Assembly (NCBI RefSeq): GCF_964355755.1
Contig: NC_092676.1
Span: forward strand, 6,425,888-6,489,887
DNA: 64,000 nucleotides
Reading direction: 5' to 3'
DNA from: Antedon mediterranea
Lineage: Eukaryota > Animalia > Echinodermata
Each line of letters starts with the position of its first letter. The stretch's first letter is position 1. The position numbers and the translations under genes are program-made. The notes beneath the pieces are model-generated. The model was not told the origin of the DNA, made no database searches, and saw only the letters and a program-made list of their open reading frames with translations. Shown here piece after piece: positions 41,425 through 52,138 of this stretch.

Positions 41425-41456
41425 GTGTGTGACTCGTGCAACGGAAGTTTGATACG
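41425..41456 (+). other. Candidate 32-nt 5'UTR exon of the RepHel transcript
   Basis: Polypyrimidine acceptor TTCTTTTTCCCTTACAG| and donor |GTAAGT. Confidence 0.4.
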
Positions 41457-42309
41457 GTAAGTGTACGAAATACAGGCAATTTCACCTTTACCTAACTTTG
41501 CTTAAGTCCCATATTTGCAAAGGCCACATTTCTTTCTAATTACCAATTCCTTACTGCAGTTTACCTTTCACAGTATATAATTATCGCCTGTAGGAGGACC
41601 ATGCTTAAAGTAGTTATTAACTAAACTGAATTCAATATTCTAAACCTATGTATAACGTTTGTATCTTGCGAACGGGGACATCAATTTGATTTACTATAAC
41701 AAATAAGCAATAAATATAGAAAAATATCTACGGTATCTATTATACACTGTATACCTTACATTTCAAATTGTCATGATAAAACAATACAATATAAATAATT
41801 GTGTGTTGTGTAATAATAATAAACCTATATGAAATAAATAAAACAAGTCTCAAGTGCTTACCAAAGAGATGTCTGCGTAACAAGTGAAGCTATAGCTATA
41901 GCTCAATTACTGTGATTACTACTGTACTAATAACCTTCTAAGTAACCCATAGTACAACTACCATTTCTATTGGTGGTCAGCCAACTTTAGGCTTCAAAGT
42001 AGCCCTTTTATGTTTACGTGAGCCTAAGCTACCTACACCCACATTAACATAACACATATGGTTGGCCACTTGCCCACTCGACACCCTTCAATTGATCCAA
42101 CCACAAACTACGGCTTGGATTGTCACTTTCACAATGTTAAATAAACCAAATTGATTATTGTTTTCATTTTATTTTCCAGTTTTGAAAACCCGATCTGCCA
42201 AACTTTGGAAGACACAGCACACATAACCACAATTAAAGCCAACTAAATATAGAAAATAAACAAAACCATACATACAAATTAATTACAAGTTAATACAAGT
42301 AAATACAGT

Positions 42310-42620
42310 ACAAGTGAAGACAAAGTGAACAAAGAAAAACTGAACAAAGAAAACTGAACACAGAAAAAGTGAACACAGAAAAAGTGAACATAGAAAAAGT
42401 GAACATAGAAAAAGTGAACATAGAAAAAGTGAACATAGAAAAAGTGAACATAGAAAAGTGAACATAGAAAAGTGAACATAGAAAAGTGACCATAGAAAAG
42501 TGAACATAGAAAAGTGAACATAGAAAAGTGAACATAGAAAAGTGAACATAGAAAAGTGAACATAGAAAAGTGAACATAGAAAAGTGAACATAGAAAAGTG
42601 AACATAGAAAAGTGAACAAA
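42310..42620. repeat. 14/15-bp minisatellite (AAAAGTGAACATAG)n
   Basis: About 20 tandem copies upstream of the ORF. Confidence 0.95.
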
Positions 42621-42629
42621 CTACAGAAA

Positions 42630-42870
42630 GAGTGAGCAAATTTTCCGAACAAGTGAACTAATTTTCCGAACAAGTGAACTAATTTTCCGAACAACTGAAC
42701 TAATTTTCCGAACAAGTGAACTAATTTTCCGAACAAGTGAACTAATTTTCAGAACAAGAGAACTTATTTTTAGAACAGTGAACTAATTTTCCGAACAAGT
42801 GAACTAATTTTTAGAACAGTGAAATAATTTTTAGAACAGCGAACTAATTTTTAGAACAAGTGAACTATCT
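42630..42870. repeat. 20/21-bp minisatellite (AACAAGTGAACTAATTTTCCG)n
   Basis: About 11 tandem copies sharing the AAGTGAAC core with the adjacent array. Confidence 0.93.
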
Positions 42871-42979
42871 TTTGTAGCCATACGTAACGATTTTTTATAG
42901 CATTTTACAGAATAAATAAATTAGTAATTGTTATAGAATTTGACACAAATTTGTGGTCTTGATTATTATACATACAGTA

Positions 42980-45900
42980 ATGGATACACAATTGATAACT
43001 GTTGTTGTTACTATGTTGTTTTTAATGTTGTTGTTAATGATGTGGTGTTTATGTACAAACCATAAAGACGTTACAAGTAAAGAGTACAACAACGACAACA
43101 CACCTGGTAAAGTTAATAATAGCATTATATATAAAACCGAGGTTACAGATGTACCCGATCAATGCTGTTTACCTACAAATGTCAAAAACGTAAGCACTCT
43201 CAACATGGACGAAAAAGATACACATACTGACATTTGTGAATTCATTAAAAAAATAGTTGATGACATCGTAAATGTTTCTTCTGGTACAGCGGTCGCCTCT
43301 GAGTTTAAGAAATGTGGCTTATGTAATATTGAATATATTGCAGATGAAAATTATGTGTCATGTGATTGTTGCAGTAAGTTTTACCATGTGACATGTGTAA
43401 GACAAATGTTTGAAGGCAAACTCTGTGATTCAAGAGTAATTTGGATCTGTTCGATGTGTGGAAATAGTAATTTTGCAAATAATATGTTGGGTGAGATAGG
43501 TATTGCGTGTCATTTTAATAGGTATATGATTCTAGAACATGATGAATCTAACGCTAAGTTTGAAGAATTTACGGAAAATGAACAGAATTGGAAGTCCAAC
43601 CAACGGAATGTAACAAAGACTAACACCAACTCACAATGCCAACAAACAGAAAGTGAAAATTCACTTGGTAGAGAATGGATTAAGGTAAGATCCAGGAAAA
43701 ATACCAGTAACAGAAAACAAGGGGGAAAAAAAAGAGGAAATAAGAACAGAAAAAAGCGTGTTATAAATGGTATAATTATTGAACTAGGTGTAACATATAT
43801 TGGTAAAGCTGTCAACGATTTCTATGAAAAACGAAACAAGAAACTGCATGAAAATGTGGATAGAGAAAAAATTCCAGACAATTCACAAACAATACTTAAT
43901 GAAAAGGTAGATGTTGATGTACATAGCCCTACGAGTGATGCTTCAGAAGTGACAACAATAACGAACACAATACAACAACTTTCTGGTGGTGGATTTAACA
44001 CGAAACAGCCACGGAAAAAAGGTCGTTTTGTCAAAAGGTCAAATAAAAAGAAATCACAAGAGGATAATGATAACCATAAAATGGATGAAGACATAAGTAA
44101 AAGTTTTATTTCAGATCACTTGGGTAATGATGACAATTCAAAAGTAATATGCAATGAAGACAACGTCTACAAAGTAGCTAGTGATGAACCAAAGAGTAAT
44201 AGCAAAATAAATCAACTAAGATTAGATAGTAGTTGTGATGTTACAGATCATGAAGTATTAATAATTGACGAGGAACAAACAAAAACATCCAAGGAAACAA
44301 TTAGGGAGAATACACGACCTACAAATAATTTTAAACAATATAATATGAATGATGATAACAGTGTCGATATTAAAGTTTCAACCAATGAATGCAAAATATC
44401 TGATGATAATACGAAAAACGTTGCGTCATTTAAGCAATACAAAAGTGTTGTAAACCCATGTAATAGTATTACTAATAATAGAACTATAGCACAGGGTAGT
44501 TTTAATCAAGGGCATTCTAGATTTGGCTATGCACGTGGTAAACAGTGTGTTGCAAATAGTCTTGTAGCTATTGTTTATTCAACAAAGAGGAATGGAAATG
44601 AATTTTATAAAAATGATCTTGACACAATATTGACACTTGGAAATGAGTTGTACTATTATATCCAAAAAGATTCCACTATGGATGAGGATCTTCTGATGAT
44701 TTCTGAACTGCCGAAAAAATTGGATATGTTAGATAGCAAATTTTTAATATCTCCCAAAGAATCAGTGTTTGGGATAATAGATGGGAGTCTTGAATCGATG
44801 GCTGAATATGGAGCCTTGTCATTAAAGCAAGCTCTTGAACAAGAATTACATCAACATGATGCCTGTTTCATGAATTTTAACAGAAGTACATTTGCTATTA
44901 TTAAACGTGTAAATGGTTTCCTTATATTTGATCCACATGCAAGAGATTGTGTTGGTTGTGTTAGTGAACATGGAAAGAGCATTTTAATTTATAGTACATC
45001 TTGGCAAGGTGTATACAGTTATTGTTTAAAGTTAGCAAGATCAATGAATTGTAATTTACATGAAACAGAGTTTGAACTGACGGGTGTAAATGTTCAAAAT
45101 GAATCTATGTTTTTATGTTCCTCTTCTTCTGTCACGTTAGATGATAATTGTGAACTAAACAACTCTGAAAATTGCGATGTTAATGCACCGGGTACATCTT
45201 CCCAGTTTAAATGTAGCAAAACATTACCTAACAACAATATTGATTCTACAATTAAAGACAACAAACATAGTAATAAAAAGGATGATGTTTCAACAAGTAA
45301 TGGATGTCAAACTGATGACGAAATTGAAATAGTTAATGTTCAGTATGGAGAGAGACCTGACAAGAATTTTAAATTTGTCCCAATTTTAGAAGCACAAAGG
45401 AAAAGTATGTGTCATAAAGTTGGCATTAATTGTGAACATACCGGTAGAAATTGTGGTATTAATCGAACAAGTCATATTGGACATCCTTGTCAAATTAAGA
45501 ATATTACGGGTGATGGTAATTGTTTTTATCGTGCAATTTCATATATTATTTCTGGGACTGAAAATAATCATTTAATTTTAAGAAAAGCAATTGGTAATCA
45601 TTTATTGGAAACTGACGACTTGTTTAGTAGTACATTAAGTGTGGAATATAGAACAGTTATGGAATATGTGATTAAAAAAAGAGTAATGGATAATGGAACA
45701 TGGGCTTCTAATACTGAAATAAGTGCAATGGCAAACTTGCTTAATACAGATATTTATTCATTCAATGATCAGCTTTTGACTTGGCAAATGTTTTCTGCAA
45801 AAAACCCTGGAAAAATTAATGAGGTTACAACTGACAACGGTATGTATATTCTATACACCAGAAATGTGCATTTTAATGTAGTGGAGTCTGTTGATTTCAA

Positions 45901-48900
45901 TTTAAATTATGTTCCGGAAACAATAACAATTGTGGATAGTGATGATGTGGATAGCTCCTCAGAAATAAGTGTAGACCCTAGTGTTATGAAAAATAATTTG
46001 ACAAAATATAACAATACACGGAAAAGAAAAGAAATTAGTCATGAAATACTTGAAGATGCTATAGGACCCAAACAGAAACGGAGTAAAAATTTCGAAGGAA
46101 GTTGTTCAAACAAAATAAAGACAATAAGAGATAATAAAACAACGATTGAAAGAAATAAACGACTTGAAAACAAAAAGCGAATGAGGACAACACGTTCAAA
46201 TGACAGTACAACGAATGTAGAGAAACATAATAAAGCGGAGGTACAACGAAAGAAATATAAAAATGATTCTGTATACAGAGAAGAAAAGAAACGTAAAGTT
46301 AAAGAGGCACAGAGAATAAAATATGCTGATGACAATTATAAATTGTCTAAAAGAAAGGAAAATCGAGAAAGACAACAGAAGGCGTACAGGTGTGACCCCA
46401 ATTATAATCTTAAAGTACGAAGTAAGATGAAACAAAATGACAACATTAAGTTGGATTATCGGACAACCAAGAAAGCTAAAAGTGTGCAATATTATAGATT
46501 GAATGAAAGGTTTAGGCAAAATTTAAAAGAGAAAAGAAAAAATAGATATCAAACTGATTTAATATTTAGACAAAACTTTAAACAAAACAATAAACAAAAT
46601 ATGGCACAAAAGTATATGAATAATTTACAATTTAGACAAAACCTGATTCAAAAACTAGCATCAAAGTATCGCAATAATTCAACATTCAGACAAAACCTTA
46701 GTCAAAAACTAGCAGCAAAGTATCGCAATAATTCAACATTCAGACAAAACTTAAAGCGGAAGTATCGAAGTATTTTGAAGCAAGACTTAGGAGAGAAATA
46801 TCGTATTGATTTAAAATTTCGTCAAAGTTGTAAGCAAAGGTTTACAGAAAAGTATCATAGCAACACAACATTTCGTCAAAGCTGTAAGAAAAAGTTTAAC
46901 GACAAATACCACAGTGATTCAAAATTTAAAACAAATTGTAATCAAAGATTTACCAAAAAATATCATGGTGATTCACTTTTCCGAAAAAATGTTGTACTAA
47001 AAAACATGAGGCATCGTAAAATACGGAGAGCAGAAAAGCGTAATTTTGAATTTGTTTTGCAAAACTTCAGAGAATCAACATCTCATGGTCCTGAATATGT
47101 TTGTTGCGTATGCTTTAAAATGTTATTCAAAAATCAAGTTGTCAAATGCACGAAAGCTAAGTACGAGTATAGGACATGTATAAATGAAAAATATTTACAT
47201 ATTTGCAACAATGAATGTAATAATCCTTGTCAATTTGCCAAATCACCAAGATGCACATTATGGATTTGTTTCACATGTCACAAGAAATTGCTGAAAGGTA
47301 AAGTCCCTGCAGAAGCCAATTCAAACAATTTAGAACTACAAGAAATTCCTCCTGAGCTAAAATGTTTAAATAATTTAGAGCAACATCTGATTGGATTAAA
47401 TATTCCTTTTATGAAATTAATGAATTTACCTAAAGGTGGACAGCATGGAATACATGGACCAGTTGTATGCGTACCATCAAATACTATTGAAACTGTAAAA
47501 ATTCTGCCTAGACCAGAGGCTGATGATCAGTTAATATCCGTAAAATTGAAGCGAAAATTGTCGTACAAAGGTTATTATAAATATAAATTTGTTAACACAT
47601 CCAATGTTATTCAAGCTCTTGAATATTTACAAGATCATAACAAATGGTATTTTGACGTAGCAATTGATGAAAATTGGCACAATTATTTGTCTAAAGAAAA
47701 CATTGAAAGTAAAACTACTAATCAACAAACATGTGTAGAAAACAATGAAGAAGAAGAAGAAGATCGATTGTGTGGTGTTGCGTTTGATACAAGTCTACAA
47801 CCTGTTGACAGGCGACAAAATTTAGTTGATGAATATTTTCGTGATATAATCTGTTGTGCACCATGTGAAAATAATAGCCCTATTGCATTATTAAGTAATG
47901 AAAACAATGAAGCAAAATCTTTTCCAGTACTATTTCCAACAGGTCAACCAACATTCCATGATACAAGAGATGTTAAGATAACACTTGGACGATACTTACA
48001 CAATAGATTAATGCATGTAGATAACAGGTTTGCAAAAAACACAGAATTTATATTTTATGCCCAATCTATATATGAACTTCAACAAATTTTATCAAGTATT
48101 TCCATAGCATTGCGAAAAGGTTCAAGTAAAAAAGATAATTTTAGTAAAGTAACTGTATCTGATTTAAAAAACATAAACAAAATTGAGGAGATTTTAAAAT
48201 CTGATAAAGGTTATAAATTTCTAAAACAAATACGTGGAACTCCACCTTACTGGCAAGCAACACAGAAAGATGTATTAGCAATGGTTAGACAGATTGGTAA
48301 ACCAACATTCTTTCTTTCATTCTCAAGTGCTGACTTACGTTGGAAAGAAATAATGACGACATTGTTGAGTCAAACAGGAGACCAAAGAAACATTGATGAT
48401 TTGGAATGGGCAGACAAATGTAATTTGCTAAAATCAAATCCAGTGACTGTTGCCAGAATGTTTGACAAACGCTTTCATACTTTTTTAAAAAAAGTTATTT
48501 TGTCTGAAACCCAGCCTATTGGTAAAGTCACAGATTATTTTTATAGAATTGAATTTCAAATGAGGGGAAGTCCACATGTTCATATGTTGGTATGGGTCGA
48601 AAATGCCCCTGTTTTTAATGAAGATGAAGATAAAAAAGTTATTGAATTTATTGACAAATATATTTCTTGTTCTGTGCCACGTCAATTTGTAGATTCTGAA
48701 ATGAATGAAATTGTTACCAGTGTGCAGATTCACAGTAAAAGACATTCGAAATCGTGTAAAAAGAAGGGAACAAATTGCAGGTTTAACTTCCCGAGACAGC
48801 CTTCTGAAAAAACATTTGTTATGAGACCTACAATTGTGGATAAAAACAATGATGATGATAATAATGATAATGATAATGCAAATAAACAAGCGCAAGAATT

Positions 48901-51900
48901 ATTAACCTCGGTAAAAAATGCTTTGACAAATGAAGAAACGTATCAAAGCGCCAAGGAACTTTTTCAAAGTTTAAATATTACTCAGGGTGCATATGAGGAT
49001 GCAAATAATTGTATAACTAATGAAGAAAAGATTGTTTTAAAGAGAAACCCCGAAGATGTGTGGGTAAATCAATACAATCCTTCCTTACTTAGAGCATGGA
49101 ATGCTAATATGGATATTCAGTACATTACCAGTGTATATGCATGTGTTACATATGTTATAGGATATATGTCAAAATCTGAACGGGAAATGGGCTTACTTTT
49201 ATCTCATGCAGCATCCGAAGTGAAAGAAGGAAATGAAAATGCCAGACAAAGCCTAAGTAAACTTGGTCATGTGTACATGAACAATCGAGAAGTATCTGCG
49301 CAAGAAAGTGTTTATCGTGTTTGTGGCTTGAGATTGAAAGAATGTTCAAGGAAAGTTGAATTTATCCCAGTAGGACCTAATCCTGTTAGAATGAGTTTAC
49401 CACTAAGTGTAATTAAAAACAAAGTGGATGATAATCAAAGTGCATGGTTGCCAAATAAGCTCGACAAATATAAAGCTCGACCAAATAATTCTGAATTTAA
49501 TACAATGTGTCTTGCAACATTTTGTTCTTATTACAGAATGTTAAGTACATCAGAAATGAAAGGAAACGTGCAAAGAAAGAACGTATTCCAGTTACAAAAA
49601 AAACTAGGATTCATCCAAAAAAGAACACGAACTGACAATGCTATAATAAGGTACCCTCGGTTTCCAATGAATACAGCATCTGAAAAATATTTTATGAGTA
49701 TATTGCAGTTATTTTTGCCATTTCGAACAGATAAACAGTTAAAACCATTGAAATTTCAAACATATCAAGAATTTTATGAGCTAGGATCTGTAAAATTATA
49801 TGGCAGTAAATTACAAAAAGTAAATGTTATAGTTGATGAAAACATGGAAAGGTATGACAAAACTGCAGATGCTATTAAACATGCAGAAGGGGTTTTAGCA
49901 AAATTTGGACCACAAGAAGATGCATGGGGTCTATTATGTCCGGAAAGTGAAAAGGAAAGATTAGAGAATCCAAAGCCAAATGTAGACGTTGATGATGAAG
50001 AAAATGAATTTTTTGTTCCAGATTTTGGCCTAAAAAAAAATGAAACATCTACAATAGAGTGTAACTCATCTAGTATTTCAAGACCGGAACTGAACAAAAT
50101 GATTCGATCTTTAAATAAACAACAAAAACAAATATTTTATAAGACAAGGCAATGGTGCTTGGATAAAGTTAATGGCAAACAACCTGAATCGTTTTACACT
50201 TTTATAACTGGAGGCGCTGGCACTGGAAAAAGCCATTTGGTTAATTGTATTTATAATGAAGCAACACGTATTCTCGGAAAAATGTTGGAAAATCCGGATG
50301 ATATGTCAATATTGAAACTAGCTCCTACAGGGATTGCAGCATATAATATTAAAGGTCATACCATTCATAGTGCTTTGTCTATTCCTATTCATATTTCACT
50401 TCCATATCAACCACTTGGAGAAGAAAAAATAAGTGCACTTCGTAATCAGTTAGGTCAATTGCAAATTGTTATTATAGATGAAATATCAATGGTAAATCAA
50501 AAGTTACTCTGGTACATCCACGGACGATTGCGGCAAATAAAGCAAGTACGTAATGATAGTGCATTTGGTAATATTTCAATAATTGCAGTTGGTGATTTTT
50601 ATCAGTTACCGCCTGTGAGGGGCACTTCTTTGTATAAAAACACATTGGAAAACTCATTATGGGTAGATAACTTTAAAAGAGTGCAGTTAGATGAAATCAT
50701 GAGGCAAAAAGAAGATAAAGAGTTTGCTGTACTTTTAAACAAATTGCGCACAAAAGAAAGAAATGATTGCTTGTCTGACAAAGATTTATCAGTTTTAAAA
50801 TCATGTGAAACAGGTGAACAATGTGACGATGCTGTTCATATATACCCATGTAATAAGCAGGTTAATGAATGGAATAAAACAATGTTGCATAAAACATGTT
50901 TAGATATTATATGCATTGAAGCAGAGGATACTGTAGTAAACAGCAAGAAACAAGACAAACATTGTGATAAACCTCGGAAATCATGTCAAACTAATTTATT
51001 AAATTATCTGTGGATTGCACTTAATGCCAGAGTGATGTTGATTAAAAATGTAGATGTTAAAAAAGGCTTAACAAATGGATGTATGGGACATGTGGAAGAA
51101 ATAATTAAGCCCAGTCCAAACGCTAAACCAATATCAATTAAAGTGAAATTTGATAACAAGGACATTGGTATTCAGGCAATTGAAATGTTTCAAGAATCTA
51201 TTGGAAAAAAATACAGTCGAAAGCAATTCCCACTCAAATTAGCATATGCATGCACAGTTCATAAAGTGCAAGGAATGACAATGAATAAAGCACTGGTTTG
51301 CCTTAAAAATACCTTTGCGCCTGGACAAGCATATGTAGCACTCAGTCGTGTTACCTCAATATCTGGACTTACCATTGAACATGTTAATTCTAAGTTGATT
51401 TATTGTGATCCTACTATAAAGGAATATTTAAACAAGATGAATTCATACATACAATGTGATAAAGAAGTTAATGATTCTGGTTCTGAATTTTCAATAATGT
51501 TACATAATATTCAAGGGCTTAAACAACATTTTGCTGATCTTCAGTGCAATGATTTGATTATGAATTCTACTACCATATGTCTAACTGAAACATGGCTAAA
51601 TAAGGATGATGATTTTGTTGACTTAAGTATAGAGCCGTATAAATTCTATCACCAAGCAAGATATGACTCATATTCTAATAAAAATGATTACTTAAAAAAT
51701 CAGGCTCATGGTGGAGTTGCAGTCTATACTAAGAACAAATTTTCAAGCAGGTTAGACATAGGTATTAACGACATAGAGGTAATTTCATTTTTAATAACAT
51801 GTCCAATTTCAGTTGCTGTATCAGTAATTTATAGACCTCCGAGCTATGATATTAAACAATTTTGTCAAAATTTGAGGAAGTTATTAAAAAAGGTGCATAA

Positions 51901-52138
51901 AGTAAGTACAAAATGTATCATAATGGGCGACTTTAATGAAAATCTTTTCAAACAACCTTCCAAAGTGAATATTTTAATGACAGAGAGTGGTTATCAACAA
52001 CATGTTACAAGTTCTACTACTGAAAGTAATACATTGATTGATCATGTATATAGCAAAGGTCTAGATTCAATGCAGGCACATGTAATTCCAATTTATTATA
52101 GTTACCATGAGGCCATTCAAATTAAATTTGGATTATAA
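42980..52138 (+). CDS. Helentron/Helitron2 RepHel polyprotein (PHD, C76-like DUB, OTU, Zn finger, HUH Rep, Pif1-family helicase, AP endonuclease)
   Basis: Uninterrupted frame (open from 42953, first ATG 42980). Motifs: PHD CGLC..CDCC..H..C..CSMC; GSFNQG..GKQC..FDPH; GDGNCFYRAIS..HFNVV; IRGTPPYW, PTFFLSFS, EFQMRGSPHVH, YVIGYMSK; GGAGTGKS, IIDEISM, GDFYQLPPV, TVHKVQGMT, YVALSRV; HNIQGL, LTETWL, IYRPP, GDFN, IDHVY, SYH. Confidence 0.95.
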   Translation: MDTQLITVVVTMLFLMLLLMMWCLCTNHKDVTSKEYNNDNTPGKVNNSIIYKTEVTDVPDQCCLPTNVKNVSTLNMDEKDTHTDICEFIKKIVDDIVNVSSGTAVASEFKKCGLCNIEYIADENYVSCDCCSKFYHVTCVRQMFEGKLCDSRVIWICSMCGNSNFANNMLGEIGIACHFNRYMILEHDESNAKFEEFTENEQNWKSNQRNVTKTNTNSQCQQTESENSLGREWIKVRSRKNTSNRKQGGKKRGNKNRKKRVINGIIIELGVTYIGKAVNDFYEKRNKKLHENVDREKIPDNSQTILNEKVDVDVHSPTSDASEVTTITNTIQQLSGGGFNTKQPRKKGRFVKRSNKKKSQEDNDNHKMDEDISKSFISDHLGNDDNSKVICNEDNVYKVASDEPKSNSKINQLRLDSSCDVTDHEVLIIDEEQTKTSKETIRENTRPTNNFKQYNMNDDNSVDIKVSTNECKISDDNTKNVASFKQYKSVVNPCNSITNNRTIAQGSFNQGHSRFGYARGKQCVANSLVAIVYSTKRNGNEFYKNDLDTILTLGNELYYYIQKDSTMDEDLLMISELPKKLDMLDSKFLISPKESVFGIIDGSLESMAEYGALSLKQALEQELHQHDACFMNFNRSTFAIIKRVNGFLIFDPHARDCVGCVSEHGKSILIYSTSWQGVYSYCLKLARSMNCNLHETEFELTGVNVQNESMFLCSSSSVTLDDNCELNNSENCDVNAPGTSSQFKCSKTLPNNNIDSTIKDNKHSNKKDDVSTSNGCQTDDEIEIVNVQYGERPDKNFKFVPILEAQRKSMCHKVGINCEHTGRNCGINRTSHIGHPCQIKNITGDGNCFYRAISYIISGTENNHLILRKAIGNHLLETDDLFSSTLSVEYRTVMEYVIKKRVMDNGTWASNTEISAMANLLNTDIYSFNDQLLTWQMFSAKNPGKINEVTTDNGMYILYTRNVHFNVVESVDFNLNYVPETITIVDSDDVDSSSEISVDPSVMKNNLTKYNNTRKRKEISHEILEDAIGPKQKRSKNFEGSCSNKIKTIRDNKTTIERNKRLENKKRMRTTRSNDSTTNVEKHNKAEVQRKKYKNDSVYREEKKRKVKEAQRIKYADDNYKLSKRKENRERQQKAYRCDPNYNLKVRSKMKQNDNIKLDYRTTKKAKSVQYYRLNERFRQNLKEKRKNRYQTDLIFRQNFKQNNKQNMAQKYMNNLQFRQNLIQKLASKYRNNSTFRQNLSQKLAAKYRNNSTFRQNLKRKYRSILKQDLGEKYRIDLKFRQSCKQRFTEKYHSNTTFRQSCKKKFNDKYHSDSKFKTNCNQRFTKKYHGDSLFRKNVVLKNMRHRKIRRAEKRNFEFVLQNFRESTSHGPEYVCCVCFKMLFKNQVVKCTKAKYEYRTCINEKYLHICNNECNNPCQFAKSPRCTLWICFTCHKKLLKGKVPAEANSNNLELQEIPPELKCLNNLEQHLIGLNIPFMKLMNLPKGGQHGIHGPVVCVPSNTIETVKILPRPEADDQLISVKLKRKLSYKGYYKYKFVNTSNVIQALEYLQDHNKWYFDVAIDENWHNYLSKENIESKTTNQQTCVENNEEEEEDRLCGVAFDTSLQPVDRRQNLVDEYFRDIICCAPCENNSPIALLSNENNEAKSFPVLFPTGQPTFHDTRDVKITLGRYLHNRLMHVDNRFAKNTEFIFYAQSIYELQQILSSISIALRKGSSKKDNFSKVTVSDLKNINKIEEILKSDKGYKFLKQIRGTPPYWQATQKDVLAMVRQIGKPTFFLSFSSADLRWKEIMTTLLSQTGDQRNIDDLEWADKCNLLKSNPVTVARMFDKRFHTFLKKVILSETQPIGKVTDYFYRIEFQMRGSPHVHMLVWVENAPVFNEDEDKKVIEFIDKYISCSVPRQFVDSEMNEIVTSVQIHSKRHSKSCKKKGTNCRFNFPRQPSEKTFVMRPTIVDKNNDDDNNDNDNANKQAQELLTSVKNALTNEETYQSAKELFQSLNITQGAYEDANNCITNEEKIVLKRNPEDVWVNQYNPSLLRAWNANMDIQYITSVYACVTYVIGYMSKSEREMGLLLSHAASEVKEGNENARQSLSKLGHVYMNNREVSAQESVYRVCGLRLKECSRKVEFIPVGPNPVRMSLPLSVIKNKVDDNQSAWLPNKLDKYKARPNNSEFNTMCLATFCSYYRMLSTSEMKGNVQRKNVFQLQKKLGFIQKRTRTDNAIIRYPRFPMNTASEKYFMSILQLFLPFRTDKQLKPLKFQTYQEFYELGSVKLYGSKLQKVNVIVDENMERYDKTADAIKHAEGVLAKFGPQEDAWGLLCPESEKERLENPKPNVDVDDEENEFFVPDFGLKKNETSTIECNSSSISRPELNKMIRSLNKQQKQIFYKTRQWCLDKVNGKQPESFYTFITGGAGTGKSHLVNCIYNEATRILGKMLENPDDMSILKLAPTGIAAYNIKGHTIHSALSIPIHISLPYQPLGEEKISALRNQLGQLQIVIIDEISMVNQKLLWYIHGRLRQIKQVRNDSAFGNISIIAVGDFYQLPPVRGTSLYKNTLENSLWVDNFKRVQLDEIMRQKEDKEFAVLLNKLRTKERNDCLSDKDLSVLKSCETGEQCDDAVHIYPCNKQVNEWNKTMLHKTCLDIICIEAEDTVVNSKKQDKHCDKPRKSCQTNLLNYLWIALNARVMLIKNVDVKKGLTNGCMGHVEEIIKPSPNAKPISIKVKFDNKDIGIQAIEMFQESIGKKYSRKQFPLKLAYACTVHKVQGMTMNKALVCLKNTFAPGQAYVALSRVTSISGLTIEHVNSKLIYCDPTIKEYLNKMNSYIQCDKEVNDSGSEFSIMLHNIQGLKQHFADLQCNDLIMNSTTICLTETWLNKDDDFVDLSIEPYKFYHQARYDSYSNKNDYLKNQAHGGVAVYTKNKFSSRLDIGINDIEVISFLITCPISVAVSVIYRPPSYDIKQFCQNLRKLLKKVHKVSTKCIIMGDFNENLFKQPSKVNILMTESGYQQHVTSSTTESNTLIDHVYSKGLDSMQAHVIPIYYSYHEAIQIKFGL

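Noticed and set aside
42279-42736. Repetitive hydrophobic ORFs on the minus strand (also 592-792, 62221-62540)
   Set aside because: Translations of minisatellites.
44486-45096. Endogenous herpesvirus suggested by the tegument-type DUB
   Set aside because: The domain is fused in frame to RepHel, and no capsid, terminase or polymerase genes are present.
43510-50657. Antisense ORFs within RepHel
   Set aside because: Shadow frames of the long coding sequence.
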